The position numbers were made by a program, and so were the translations under genes. DNA of 64,000 bases from an uncultured Alphaproteobacteria bacterium. Its GTDB lineage: Bacteria > Pseudomonadota > Alphaproteobacteria > RF32 > CAG-239. Every line of letters starts with the position of its first letter. The stretch's first letter is position 1. Positions 49,023 to 57,977 of this stretch are shown one piece after another. The notes below the pieces were generated by a model that did no database searches, was not told the DNA's origin, and saw only the letters and a program-made list of their open reading frames with translations. The DNA is taken from assembly GCA_944391615.1 (NCBI GenBank), contig CALXUE010000006.1, forward strand, positions 17,665 through 81,664, read 5' to 3'.

Positions 49023-50012
49023 ATGGATAAAGAGGAACAATCATACACAAGCCCCCCGGTAGAAGCAAAGGACAAAGGCCTTCGGCTTGATAAATATCTG
49101 GCCAAAAGTTTTTCAGACTTTTCGCGTGCGCAGATTCAACGGCTGATATCGGAAGGAAACGTCTGCTTGGATGATACGGTTATGATAGACAATTCCTTTA
49201 AGGTTAGGGAAGGAGACAGCTATCAAATAACGATTCCCGAGGCCAAAGAGGCCGCCCCCCAGCCCCAAAACATTGCATTGGATATTCGCTATGAGGATGA
49301 TGACTTATTGGTTGTGAATAAACCGGCAGGTATGACAGTTCACCCCGCTCCCGGAGCTTATGATAAAACCTTAGTAAATGCATTGCTCTATCATTGCAAA
49401 GATAATCTGTCAGGCATCGGAGGTGTGAAGCGTCCAGGCATTGTGCATCGTATAGATAAAGAAACCAGCGGCCTGTTGGTTGTTGCCAAAACAGATATGG
49501 CGCACAGAGGCTTGAGCGAACAATTTGCGGTACACAGCATCGAAAGAACATATTATGCGTTTACCTATGGCCAACTTCAACCATTAAGCGGCACGATAGA
49601 GGGCAACATCGGCCGCAGTCCTTATGACCGCAAAAAAATGGCAATTGTGCCAACCGGCGGCAAAGAAGCCGTCACACATTATAAAACTATAGCCTGCTAT
49701 AAAATGTGGGCATCTGAAGTTCAGTGTAATTTAGAAACAGGCCGCACCCATCAAATCAGAGTGCACCTGTCATCCAAAGGCTGTAATCTGATAGGAGATA
49801 AGGTATACACCAAAAATCACAAAACATCTCTGGCCATACCGCAAGGATTAAAGTTCTATCTTAATGACTTTCCCAGACAGGCTTTGCATGCCGCAACATT
49901 AGGGTTCATACATCCCCGCACGGGACAATACCTTTCATTTACGGCCGAACTTCCGGAAGATATGAAAAATCTGAAAAACGAATTGCTCCGCTGGACAAGT
50001 ACAAATTATTAG
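49023..50012 (+). CDS. rluD: 23S rRNA pseudouridine synthase, RluA family (RluD-like, with an S4 domain)
   Basis: The S4 domain (LRLDKYLAKSFS..SRAQIQRLI) and the catalytic HRIDKETSGLLVVAKT (RluA-family Asp motif) are present. Confidence 0.8.
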   Translation: MDKEEQSYTSPPVEAKDKGLRLDKYLAKSFSDFSRAQIQRLISEGNVCLDDTVMIDNSFKVREGDSYQITIPEAKEAAPQPQNIALDIRYEDDDLLVVNKPAGMTVHPAPGAYDKTLVNALLYHCKDNLSGIGGVKRPGIVHRIDKETSGLLVVAKTDMAHRGLSEQFAVHSIERTYYAFTYGQLQPLSGTIEGNIGRSPYDRKKMAIVPTGGKEAVTHYKTIACYKMWASEVQCNLETGRTHQIRVHLSSKGCNLIGDKVYTKNHKTSLAIPQGLKFYLNDFPRQALHAATLGFIHPRTGQYLSFTAELPEDMKNLKNELLRWTSTNY

Positions 50013-50094
50013 TGTATTAAAACTAAAGAATAGATTGCAGATAGAAAAGACGCAATATAAAGTTATAGAGGTTCATTTAGGGAGAGTTTAGAAA

Positions 50095-50964
50095 ATGACG
50101 GAAACTCTTATTGGACTTGAATTCTCGCCGGAAGTCAATTTGACCCGGTACTTGCAAAGCATTCGCAAATTTCCGATTCTGGATAATGACGAAGAATACC
50201 AATTGGCAAAAGCCTACAAAAAAAGTCACGATCCCCGTATCGCCTATAAGCTGATAACCCCACATTTGCGCTTGGTTGTCAAGGTCGTTTCAAAATACAA
50301 AGGATACGGCTTACCTCTGAGCGAAATGATATCAGAAGGCAACATCGGATTAATGTATGCGGTTGAAAAATTTGATCCCGATAAAGGTTTTAGGTTTTCG
50401 ACTTATGCATTGTGGTGGATAAAAGCCGCCATACAAAAATATATCTTAAATTCGTGGTCATTAGTCAAAATCGGCACAACAGCGGCCCAAAAAAAACTTT
50501 TTTTTAATTTAAGAAAAGTCAAGAACCGCTTGCGTCTGATGGAAGACAAAGAGATGAGCGAGAGTATTTTACACGACATAGCTCAATCGTTGGATGTTAG
50601 TGTTCAGGAAGTCACGGATATGAACAATCGCATGTCATCACACGATGGCTCATTAAATACGATTGTAGATAGTTCATCGGACAAAGGCACGGAATGGATG
50701 GACTTTATCGCTGACAAAAAGCCCAATCAAGAAGAACAATTCAGTTACTCCGAAACATACCAGTATCGCAAACGCTTGTTCACCAAGGCATTGGCATGCT
50801 TAAATGAAAGAGAAAAAGACATTTTGTTCAAAAGACGCTTAAGCGAAAAAGCCTTAACCTTGGATGATTTGAGCCAAGCTTATAAGATATCCAAAGAGCG
50901 TGTTCGCCAAATTGAACTGAACTCGATTCGCAAACTTCAAAAAGCAATATGCGAAATGTCATAA
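50095..50964 (+). CDS. rpoH: RNA polymerase sigma-32 factor RpoH
   Basis: The sigma70 regions 2-4 are present, with the RpoH box (QKKLFFNLRK) and SEMISEGNIGLMYAVEKFDP. Confidence 0.85.
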   Translation: MTETLIGLEFSPEVNLTRYLQSIRKFPILDNDEEYQLAKAYKKSHDPRIAYKLITPHLRLVVKVVSKYKGYGLPLSEMISEGNIGLMYAVEKFDPDKGFRFSTYALWWIKAAIQKYILNSWSLVKIGTTAAQKKLFFNLRKVKNRLRLMEDKEMSESILHDIAQSLDVSVQEVTDMNNRMSSHDGSLNTIVDSSSDKGTEWMDFIADKKPNQEEQFSYSETYQYRKRLFTKALACLNEREKDILFKRRLSEKALTLDDLSQAYKISKERVRQIELNSIRKLQKAICEMS

Positions 50965-50977
50965 AACAGCGTAAATA

Positions 50978-51415
50978 CTAGATAATGTGTAAGGTTTTGA
51001 GAATAAACCAAATCAAAATAACCTGAAAGAAAAGCATCAGCCAAAACATAGCGCGAAAGCTTTTCTTTTTTGTTTTGTGATGAAATATTTTTTGCGCCAG
51101 AAAAGCCCCACACCATCCACCAAGCAACTCCAGCATATGCAAGTCAATTTCCGGCACACGCCACTCGCCGGCAATAGCAGCTTTTTTATCTCTCCAATAA
51201 GCAATTATGGTAACAAAATTAATAGATATAAGATGAAACACTAAAAATAACAAAATCGTTTTGTAAGCAAAAATCGGCGCTCTGAAAAAATGATGTTCAA
51301 CATAATAAGCCGCTAAAATAACAAGAGCGGCATGCAAAACATAAAATCTGTTCTTTTGCAACGGACGGAACAAAGCCATCATAGCAATCAAAATAGCAGA
51401 AAATGTAACAACCAT
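50978..51415 (-). CDS. DUF1294-like membrane protein
   Basis: It has three transmembrane helices and a C-terminal WRVPE..LH.LELLGGWCGAFLAQKIFHHKT pattern. Confidence 0.45.
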   Translation of the reverse strand: MVVTFSAILIAMMALFRPLQKNRFYVLHAALVILAAYYVEHHFFRAPIFAYKTILLFLVFHLISINFVTIIAYWRDKKAAIAGEWRVPEIDLHMLELLGGWCGAFLAQKIFHHKTKKKSFRAMFWLMLFFQVILIWFILKTLHII

Positions 51416-51497
51416 TTTTTATATCCTCTAACAAACTTTTGCCAAACATAACATAATTATAAAAAAAATCAATGAGTGAATAACTTGTAAAAAGCAG

Positions 51498-52745
51498 ATG
51501 AGAAAAAAAAGAAAACCGATTATAATGCAAATTATGAAAAATAGAAGTTATGACATACTGTTTGCAGCCTTATCCATCTTATTGCTTAGTGTCCAAACCG
51601 CGACAGCAGAAGATGGAAGCACCATCATACAAGGCTCATCCTGCGAGCAGATAAAACAAGACGAAAGCAAGTCAACGGCCCGTGCACGCGCAACGGATAA
51701 AGCATCATTCAAAGCCATCAGTGATATGGCATCCTTGTCTCGCTATAAAAACGAGATGGATTCTCATGATTTTAATGTCTTGGTTTATCAAATTGTAGAT
51801 AATTATATTGAGGATTTATCAACCAAAACCACCGAGCAAACAACCGATAAAATTTGCGTTGCGGTGTCAGGGTATGTCAGCCAAAATAATGTTCAACAGG
51901 CGGTGGATGAGTTTTTTTCGGCACAGTCGCAACCGGCACAAGCGAATAATATCTCAGCAGAAGAAACCTCTGCAATGTCTGAAGCAATTACCAAAGAGCT
52001 AGCGCAGGCACAACAAAATTTGCAGCAAAAACAGCAAGAAGAATTAAAACAAAAAGAGGTTGTTTTTGCCGGAGATACCTCAGATGCAGCATTAAATACA
52101 GAGAGTTCTTTGCAGAATGATGAGCAACCTCTAGCGACCAATCTTCCCCATGATATGGCGCAAAATATGACCGAGGCTTTAACCGCGCCAACCTATCAGG
52201 ATGCCACAGCCGCACCAAAAGCGCAACAAGCTGAAGATGCTCAGACCCCGTCCAAGGATAGTGTTCTGGTTTATGTTGACCCCTTGAGCTTTTATGATAA
52301 TAGTACGTCGGAAGCCTATGCCGATATCATAAAAGACTACCTTAAGCAAGATTCGCGTATATTAATAACCGAGAATAAAAATCTGGCAGAATATATCTTA
52401 ACCCCAAAAGTTTTGCGCGCCAAAGTAGAGGCGGTGAATCATGAAACCAATCGTCTGCAAATGGTCGTTTCACTCGATATGTATGATGTTTCTGCCGAGA
52501 AAAATTTGACCGAACACCGCAACAGATTTATAGTCTATAAAACTTCGGCAGATGAGCAACAAGTAGCTTATGAGTTGATGCAAAATTTATTTGATGATAC
52601 AAGCCGTCAAATGTTGAATATAATCAACAATAATCAACAAAAACGCGCCACTGAAAATTGGGGCAAAGATGTTCTGCCTTCCATCATAACACCGGCAAAA
52701 GAATATTCTCCAAAGGCTTATGTTGAGCCTTTGCCGACACGTTAA
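51498..52745 (+). CDS. Hypothetical secreted Gln/Ala-rich protein
   Basis: It has a signal peptide (LSVQTATA/ED), a low-complexity Q/A-rich middle and no recognised domain. Confidence 0.4.
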   Translation: MRKKRKPIIMQIMKNRSYDILFAALSILLLSVQTATAEDGSTIIQGSSCEQIKQDESKSTARARATDKASFKAISDMASLSRYKNEMDSHDFNVLVYQIVDNYIEDLSTKTTEQTTDKICVAVSGYVSQNNVQQAVDEFFSAQSQPAQANNISAEETSAMSEAITKELAQAQQNLQQKQQEELKQKEVVFAGDTSDAALNTESSLQNDEQPLATNLPHDMAQNMTEALTAPTYQDATAAPKAQQAEDAQTPSKDSVLVYVDPLSFYDNSTSEAYADIIKDYLKQDSRILITENKNLAEYILTPKVLRAKVEAVNHETNRLQMVVSLDMYDVSAEKNLTEHRNRFIVYKTSADEQQVAYELMQNLFDDTSRQMLNIINNNQQKRATENWGKDVLPSIITPAKEYSPKAYVEPLPTR

Positions 52746-53487
52746 TATAGAGATTATCATAATTAATCAAATCGTTTTTCACACAATACTCATCAAAGTC
52801 GGCATTAATTGCGTCCTGCAAAGTTGAGGCGTTAGCGTTTACAAATAAAAGGATGTTTACCACACAATAGCTTTTGCGCATATCTAAAGATACTTCAAAA
52901 TCAAGCAGGTTATGTGCGCATTTGGCAAAGATTATTTGTTGAAAAGCGGCAAAGGCTTTCCAGTACTTTTGCGCGTCATAAAAAGCAACAAAATTCTGCA
53001 CTGCCTCAAACACATCTTGACTGGCGTGCGCCGCCACAAGTAAAAGCAAATCTCGCCTTCCGTGCGCAAAAGCAAAATTAATCAAAGGCGCAAAAAATTT
53101 TTCATTCAAGGAGGAGATATCATCGAGCACAGGATTAAAAATTTCTTGAGCCATATCTTTTAAGTTAAGAACAGATAAAATATGTCCGTAAAGCAACCGA
53201 AAAGGCAGGCTGAGCTCACCACCGTTTTCCCAAATTTTATAAGCAAAAGCAAGGGCTCTTTCAACTTTACCCAATAATAGCTGAACTTCAGCCATTAAAA
53301 TAAGATATTCCGCTTTATTGTCAAATTGCTGCAAACAAACATATAAGTCAGATTCAACCTTTTGAGCGGAAGACAAATCATCCCACTTAAGCGACAAAAT
53401 GCGATTTAACATCACCTGAGCATCTAAGGGAGAAAGTGGAGTTTGATAAACAATATTATGATTTGTGTTTTCAAAATCATCAACCAT
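52684..53487 (-). CDS. Hypothetical protein
   Basis: The probable start is at MVDDFEN, which gives a short overlap with the dtd stop. No domain is recognised. Confidence 0.35.
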   Translation of the reverse strand: MVDDFENTNHNIVYQTPLSPLDAQVMLNRILSLKWDDLSSAQKVESDLYVCLQQFDNKAEYLILMAEVQLLLGKVERALAFAYKIWENGGELSLPFRLLYGHILSVLNLKDMAQEIFNPVLDDISSLNEKFFAPLINFAFAHGRRDLLLLVAAHASQDVFEAVQNFVAFYDAQKYWKAFAAFQQIIFAKCAHNLLDFEVSLDMRKSYCVVNILLFVNANASTLQDAINADFDEYCVKNDLINYDNLYINVSAKAQHKPLENILLPVL

Positions 53488-53935
53488 TTTGCCCACTCTT
53501 TCTTTCCAAAATAAAAGTGCACGGCCCGTCATTAATAAGCTTAACTTTCATATCAGTTTGAAAAACACCGGTCTGAACGGGAATGTTAAAAGACTTAAGT
53601 TTATCAATCATGTAAAGATAAAGGGCGTCAGCCTCCTCAGGTTTGGCAGCAGTTTCAAACCCCGGCCGATTCCCGCGAGAAGTATCACCGGCTAAAGTAA
53701 ATTGAGAAACAATCAAAAGCTCAGCTTTAACATCTAAAATAGACAGGTTCATTTTGCCGTTTTCATCTTCAAAGATTCGTAAATTGGCAATTTTTTTAGC
53801 CAAAAAGTCAGCTTCAGCTTGAGTATCACCTTTTTCAACCCCGAGGAATACCAAAAAACCTTTCCCGATTTGAGAATAAACACTTTCGTTAATCGTAACT
53901 GCCGCTTCCAACACTCTTTGTACCAAAGCCTTCAT
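53480..53935 (-). CDS. dtd: D-aminoacyl-tRNA deacylase
   Basis: MKALVQRV...SVYSQIGKGFLVFLGVEKGDT...SQFTLAGDTSRGNRPGF is the canonical Dtd sequence with the SQFTL motif. Confidence 0.85.
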   Translation of the reverse strand: MKALVQRVLEAAVTINESVYSQIGKGFLVFLGVEKGDTQAEADFLAKKIANLRIFEDENGKMNLSILDVKAELLIVSQFTLAGDTSRGNRPGFETAAKPEEADALYLYMIDKLKSFNIPVQTGVFQTDMKVKLINDGPCTFILERKSGQNG

Positions 53936-54043
53936 GGTTGTATCCCTCCCTCGAACATAGGATAATCAGTAAAAACAAATTTTTCAATAAAATATCATAC
54001 TTAAAAAATAATTAATCAAATATATATATAAACTACAATACAA

Positions 54044-55060
54044 TTGAAGAAAAATAAAGGAACGCCGATGACAACCAAAAAAAGCAAGGTAACGGAATCA
54101 TTTTTGGTCGACATTCATGAAGACCAAACCTCAACCATAACCAAAAGCAGCAAACCGATAGCCTATAATAAGACAGACAAATATTTTTGGAGGCATATGG
54201 ATTATAAAAATCCGGAAGCACAAAAAATTTTGATGAAACATTATGATATCTCAGAGGATGTTGCTGCCGCCTTGTGTGACATCAGTACCCGTCCGCGTTG
54301 TTTCCACCACAAAAATGGCATAGTGATGATATTGCGAGGTATTAATTATGACCAAAGCGCAGATCCTGAAGATATGGTCTCTTTAAGAGTATGGGTCGAA
54401 AAAAATAAAATCATAACTTTATCGCATAATGCGCTAAAAGCCGTAGATGATATGTTGGAACAAATAACCGAAAAAGAGCCGCCCGTCAGTCCGATGCAAC
54501 TGTTTTTAAGATTGGCACAAAATATGTCTGACGGCATCAATAATGAAATCATAAATATAATGGATGAAACCGCGGATATGGAGGAAAAAGTATTAGACAC
54601 GGATTCGTTGAGTGATTTTGGCTTAAGAAATAAAATAAGCGATATGCGCAGAAACATAATCACCATCCGCCGCTATACCGCTCCGCAAAGAGAAATATTT
54701 TTGAGTCTCCAAAATGATAAATGGGAAACCTTAACCGATGAAGACCGAGAAGATATAAGAGAAATTTATAACGACATAACCAAAGCTGTAGAAGATTTGG
54801 ACTATTGCCGAGAGCAAATGAGTATTTATAATGAAGAACTTGAAGGCAAAGTCAGTATCAGTATGACCCGCATAATGTATCTTATCTCTTTGGTGACGGT
54901 TATATTTACCCCCTTAACATTACTGACCGGCTTGCTAGGTATAAATGTTCAGGGCATACCCTATGCCGACAGTCCTTATGCCTTTGCCATAGTTTGCGCT
55001 ATTTTAACGATTATGTGCGCCGTTTTGGTTGTTATGATGAAACGCTTAAAATGGCTGTAG
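54044..55060 (+). CDS. CorA/ZntB-family divalent cation transporter (GIN variant of the GMN motif)
   Basis: It has a cytoplasmic N-domain and two C-terminal transmembrane helices with the loop LLGINVQGIPY. The start may be at 54068. Confidence 0.6.
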   Translation: MKKNKGTPMTTKKSKVTESFLVDIHEDQTSTITKSSKPIAYNKTDKYFWRHMDYKNPEAQKILMKHYDISEDVAAALCDISTRPRCFHHKNGIVMILRGINYDQSADPEDMVSLRVWVEKNKIITLSHNALKAVDDMLEQITEKEPPVSPMQLFLRLAQNMSDGINNEIINIMDETADMEEKVLDTDSLSDFGLRNKISDMRRNIITIRRYTAPQREIFLSLQNDKWETLTDEDREDIREIYNDITKAVEDLDYCREQMSIYNEELEGKVSISMTRIMYLISLVTVIFTPLTLLTGLLGINVQGIPYADSPYAFAIVCAILTIMCAVLVVMMKRLKWL

Positions 55061-55066
55061 AAAATA

Positions 55067-56293
55067 TTAATAAAATAAATAAGCCATAAAAATAGCCACG
55101 ATGATTCCCGCCAAATCAGCTAAAAGAGCACAAGGCAAAGCCGCCCCGGTTTGAGAAATTTTCACGGCCCCGAAATAAAGAGCCAAAACATAAAATGTTG
55201 TTTCGGTAGAGCCTTGAACAATACAAGAAACAAAGGCCGGAAAAGAATCAGCCCCAAAGTTTTGCATTGTCTCAATCATCATGGCGCGGGCCCCGCTGCC
55301 AGACAGAGGCTTCATTAAAGCAGTCGGCAAAGCGGCAACAAAATCCGTGTCACATCCCACAAAGGCAAAACATTTTTCCAACCCCAAAATCAAAAAATCC
55401 AAAGCACCGGATGCCCTTAAAACGGCAATAGCCGTCAACATGGCCACCAAATAAGGAATAATTTTAACGGCGACCGAAAAACCTTCTTTTGCCCCAAGAA
55501 TAAAAGTATCATAAACATTAAGCTTTTTTCTGAGACCGAGGATAATAAATCCCACAATAATGGCAATCAAAACAAAATTGCTAAAAGCCGAAGAAATAAT
55601 CAGTCTCTTATCTACCGGCAAACCATAAAATCCTAAAGCCAAGGCAAGAATAAGTCCGATAAATATTAATAAATAGCTTAATACCACTTTATTAAAAATA
55701 TTAAGCTTTTGAGAAAAAGCAACGGCCAAAAAACCAACCAAAGTCGAAGCAAAAGTCGCAATCAAAATCGGCACAAACACCGCGCTGGGGTTAAGAGACC
55801 CAAGCTCCATGCGATACATCAAAATCGTAATCGGAATAAGCGTCACTGCCGAAGCATTCAAAACAATAAACATAATCTGGGCTGAAGACGCGCTGTCTTT
55901 ATGCGGATTAATATCTTGGAGCTGTTCCATAGCTTTAAGCCCCATAGGCGTTGCAGCGTTATCCAACCCCAGCATATTAGCCGCCATATTCATGATTATG
56001 GACCCAAAAGCGGGAGAATTTTGCGGCACATCCGGAAAAATTTTAGCAAACAAGGGACGCAAGAGTTTGGCGAGCCCATCAGTAGCACCGGATAATTCAG
56101 CAATTTTTAAAATCCCCAGCCAAAAACACAACAAACCAGTCAAATTAATAGAAATAGAAAAACCCAGTTTAGCCGCATCAAACAAACTTTTGCCCAATTC
56201 ATTCCAAATCAAAAAATCGGCAAAACAAACCGATTTAATTCCGGCACAAACAAAAGCAACAATAAAAAATCCGGCCCAAATCCAATTTAACAT
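55067..56293 (-). CDS. Nucleoside-recognition (Gate) domain membrane protein, SpmA/SpmB-like
   Basis: It has a polytopic membrane topology with duplicated gate-like halves. It is co-directional with, and abuts, the upstream membrane-protein genes. Confidence 0.5.
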   Translation of the reverse strand: MLNWIWAGFFIVAFVCAGIKSVCFADFLIWNELGKSLFDAAKLGFSISINLTGLLCFWLGILKIAELSGATDGLAKLLRPLFAKIFPDVPQNSPAFGSIIMNMAANMLGLDNAATPMGLKAMEQLQDINPHKDSASSAQIMFIVLNASAVTLIPITILMYRMELGSLNPSAVFVPILIATFASTLVGFLAVAFSQKLNIFNKVVLSYLLIFIGLILALALGFYGLPVDKRLIISSAFSNFVLIAIIVGFIILGLRKKLNVYDTFILGAKEGFSVAVKIIPYLVAMLTAIAVLRASGALDFLILGLEKCFAFVGCDTDFVAALPTALMKPLSGSGARAMMIETMQNFGADSFPAFVSCIVQGSTETTFYVLALYFGAVKISQTGAALPCALLADLAGIIVAIFMAYLFY

Positions 56294-57444
56294 TAATAGC
56301 TCATAATTTGTTGAAAAGAAGCATTTGGTTTAAGCAAAATCGTCTCAGCCATTTCATCAAAAAGCGCGCAAGCCTCAGCAGTAGAAATAAGCTTAGACAT
56401 ATCATTATTCCATCTCACATTTTGCGGTTCAGTATTTTGGTTAACGGCAACAAGCTCAATAATAGCCTGCCGGCGAATATTTTCAATATCCACGGCAATA
56501 CTGTCCTCAAGCTTACGCCCTAAGCGAGATTTTGCTTGGTTATAAAAAGTTTGTGTTGTCTCACCATATTGGCTCAAATCTTTTTCAATTTTAGCAAGAT
56601 GCGTAGCAAACTTAGAGCGAAACACTTCAGGATAAATCACGAGATTATACCCTTGTTTGTGGCAATAATCTTGATACCCGTACAAATGTCTGGCGGCAGT
56701 ACCGGCAGCAAGAGAGAGTTTTTGATTCTGAGAAACGGTCGGAATTTCAGAAACGTTATTGCCTTCAGCCGGATGAGAAAAACCATATTTTACAAGCCCT
56801 CCCAATAAAACCAACAAGAGCAAAAGACAAGCCACAACCATATCTTTGTGCAGGCTATAAGCTTTTTTTCTGAGTTGGAAAGACTTTTCGAGATTAACGC
56901 GCACCATTTCAGCGTTAAAAGCCAAGAACCAAATGATTGATGCGACAATTAAACCGCATAAAAAGAGCAAAGCGCTCCATCCGTCATAAAACACATCAAC
57001 AAGAGTCAATAAGGCGAATATAGCGCAAGCCACAACATAAGCTGCCCGATATCCGCGAAAAACAAACCACATTAAAACAAGCGTAAGAGCAACCACCCAT
57101 GCAGCGGATAAAGAAGATTTCCAAACAAAACCAATGCCCAAAACAGCAATTGCCACAAGGCTTAAGAGACGAAATTTATAAAACAAATTAGAATCAAGCA
57201 CCTTTTTCCGATACACGGCGGAAGAGTTCAAAAAGCGAGCAATTTTTTTCACAAACCAATTGGCACAAAAGGAGCAATAAAAAGCCAAAAACCTTTTATA
57301 AAAAGAGTTTATGAACTGAGCAAAGGGCTTTGATTTAAGGGTCAAAAAATCCACAAAAGAATCAATTTTTCGCCACATGGAATATACCTTCAAAAAACAA
57401 CAAAAGCTAAAGATAGTAATATCAAAAAGGTAAAACCAAGTCAA
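56293..57444 (-). CDS. Hypothetical polytopic membrane protein
   Basis: It has multiple hydrophobic helices and no recognised domain. It is the third gene of the minus-strand string 60034 to 55067. Confidence 0.4.
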   Translation of the reverse strand: MTWFYLFDITIFSFCCFLKVYSMWRKIDSFVDFLTLKSKPFAQFINSFYKRFLAFYCSFCANWFVKKIARFLNSSAVYRKKVLDSNLFYKFRLLSLVAIAVLGIGFVWKSSLSAAWVVALTLVLMWFVFRGYRAAYVVACAIFALLTLVDVFYDGWSALLFLCGLIVASIIWFLAFNAEMVRVNLEKSFQLRKKAYSLHKDMVVACLLLLLVLLGGLVKYGFSHPAEGNNVSEIPTVSQNQKLSLAAGTAARHLYGYQDYCHKQGYNLVIYPEVFRSKFATHLAKIEKDLSQYGETTQTFYNQAKSRLGRKLEDSIAVDIENIRRQAIIELVAVNQNTEPQNVRWNNDMSKLISTAEACALFDEMAETILLKPNASFQQIMSY

Positions 57445-57467
57445 TTGAGATAAAAAGTTAATGACAG

Positions 57468-57977
57468 TTATTTGCTCGTGTTATCACTTAGCTCGAGAGA
57501 GGAGCCAGCGATATCATCGCCCCATTCTTCACGTAATTTGTTAAGTTTGGCATCAATTCTTTCGATACGTTTCTGAGCCGAAATTTTATAAAAATAAGCA
57601 TAGAGATTAGGGAGTTCGGAATACACCAAAACGCCAATAGCGGCACATCCGAGCATAACAATCAGCATAAAGATGTTATCGGCAATATTGTTAGTTAAGC
57701 CAAGAGAAAATTTAGAAAGTAAGCCGAAGAGATAAAAGAACACCCCCGAAATATTAAAACAGCCGATAATCAGTTGCTTATCATAATTTTGCCGATCGGT
57801 ATACATAATAGTAATGGTAGGCAGCAAGCCGAAGATGAGCAACAACACAATCGGAAAAGAAATAAAAATCAAGAAGATAAGCAAAGCAAAAAGCAAAAAT
57901 TTCTGCAAAAAGGATAAGTTTTTGTAAGCTTTAGCAAATTGAGGACCTTTATTAATTTTAGAATTTTTCTGATTCAT
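57468..57977 (-). CDS. Hypothetical membrane protein
   Basis: The start is at MNQKNSK and overlaps the upstream stop (ATGA-type coupling). It has four hydrophobic segments. Confidence 0.4.
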   Translation of the reverse strand: MNQKNSKINKGPQFAKAYKNLSFLQKFLLFALLIFLIFISFPIVLLLIFGLLPTITIMYTDRQNYDKQLIIGCFNISGVFFYLFGLLSKFSLGLTNNIADNIFMLIVMLGCAAIGVLVYSELPNLYAYFYKISAQKRIERIDAKLNKLREEWGDDIAGSSLELSDNTSK

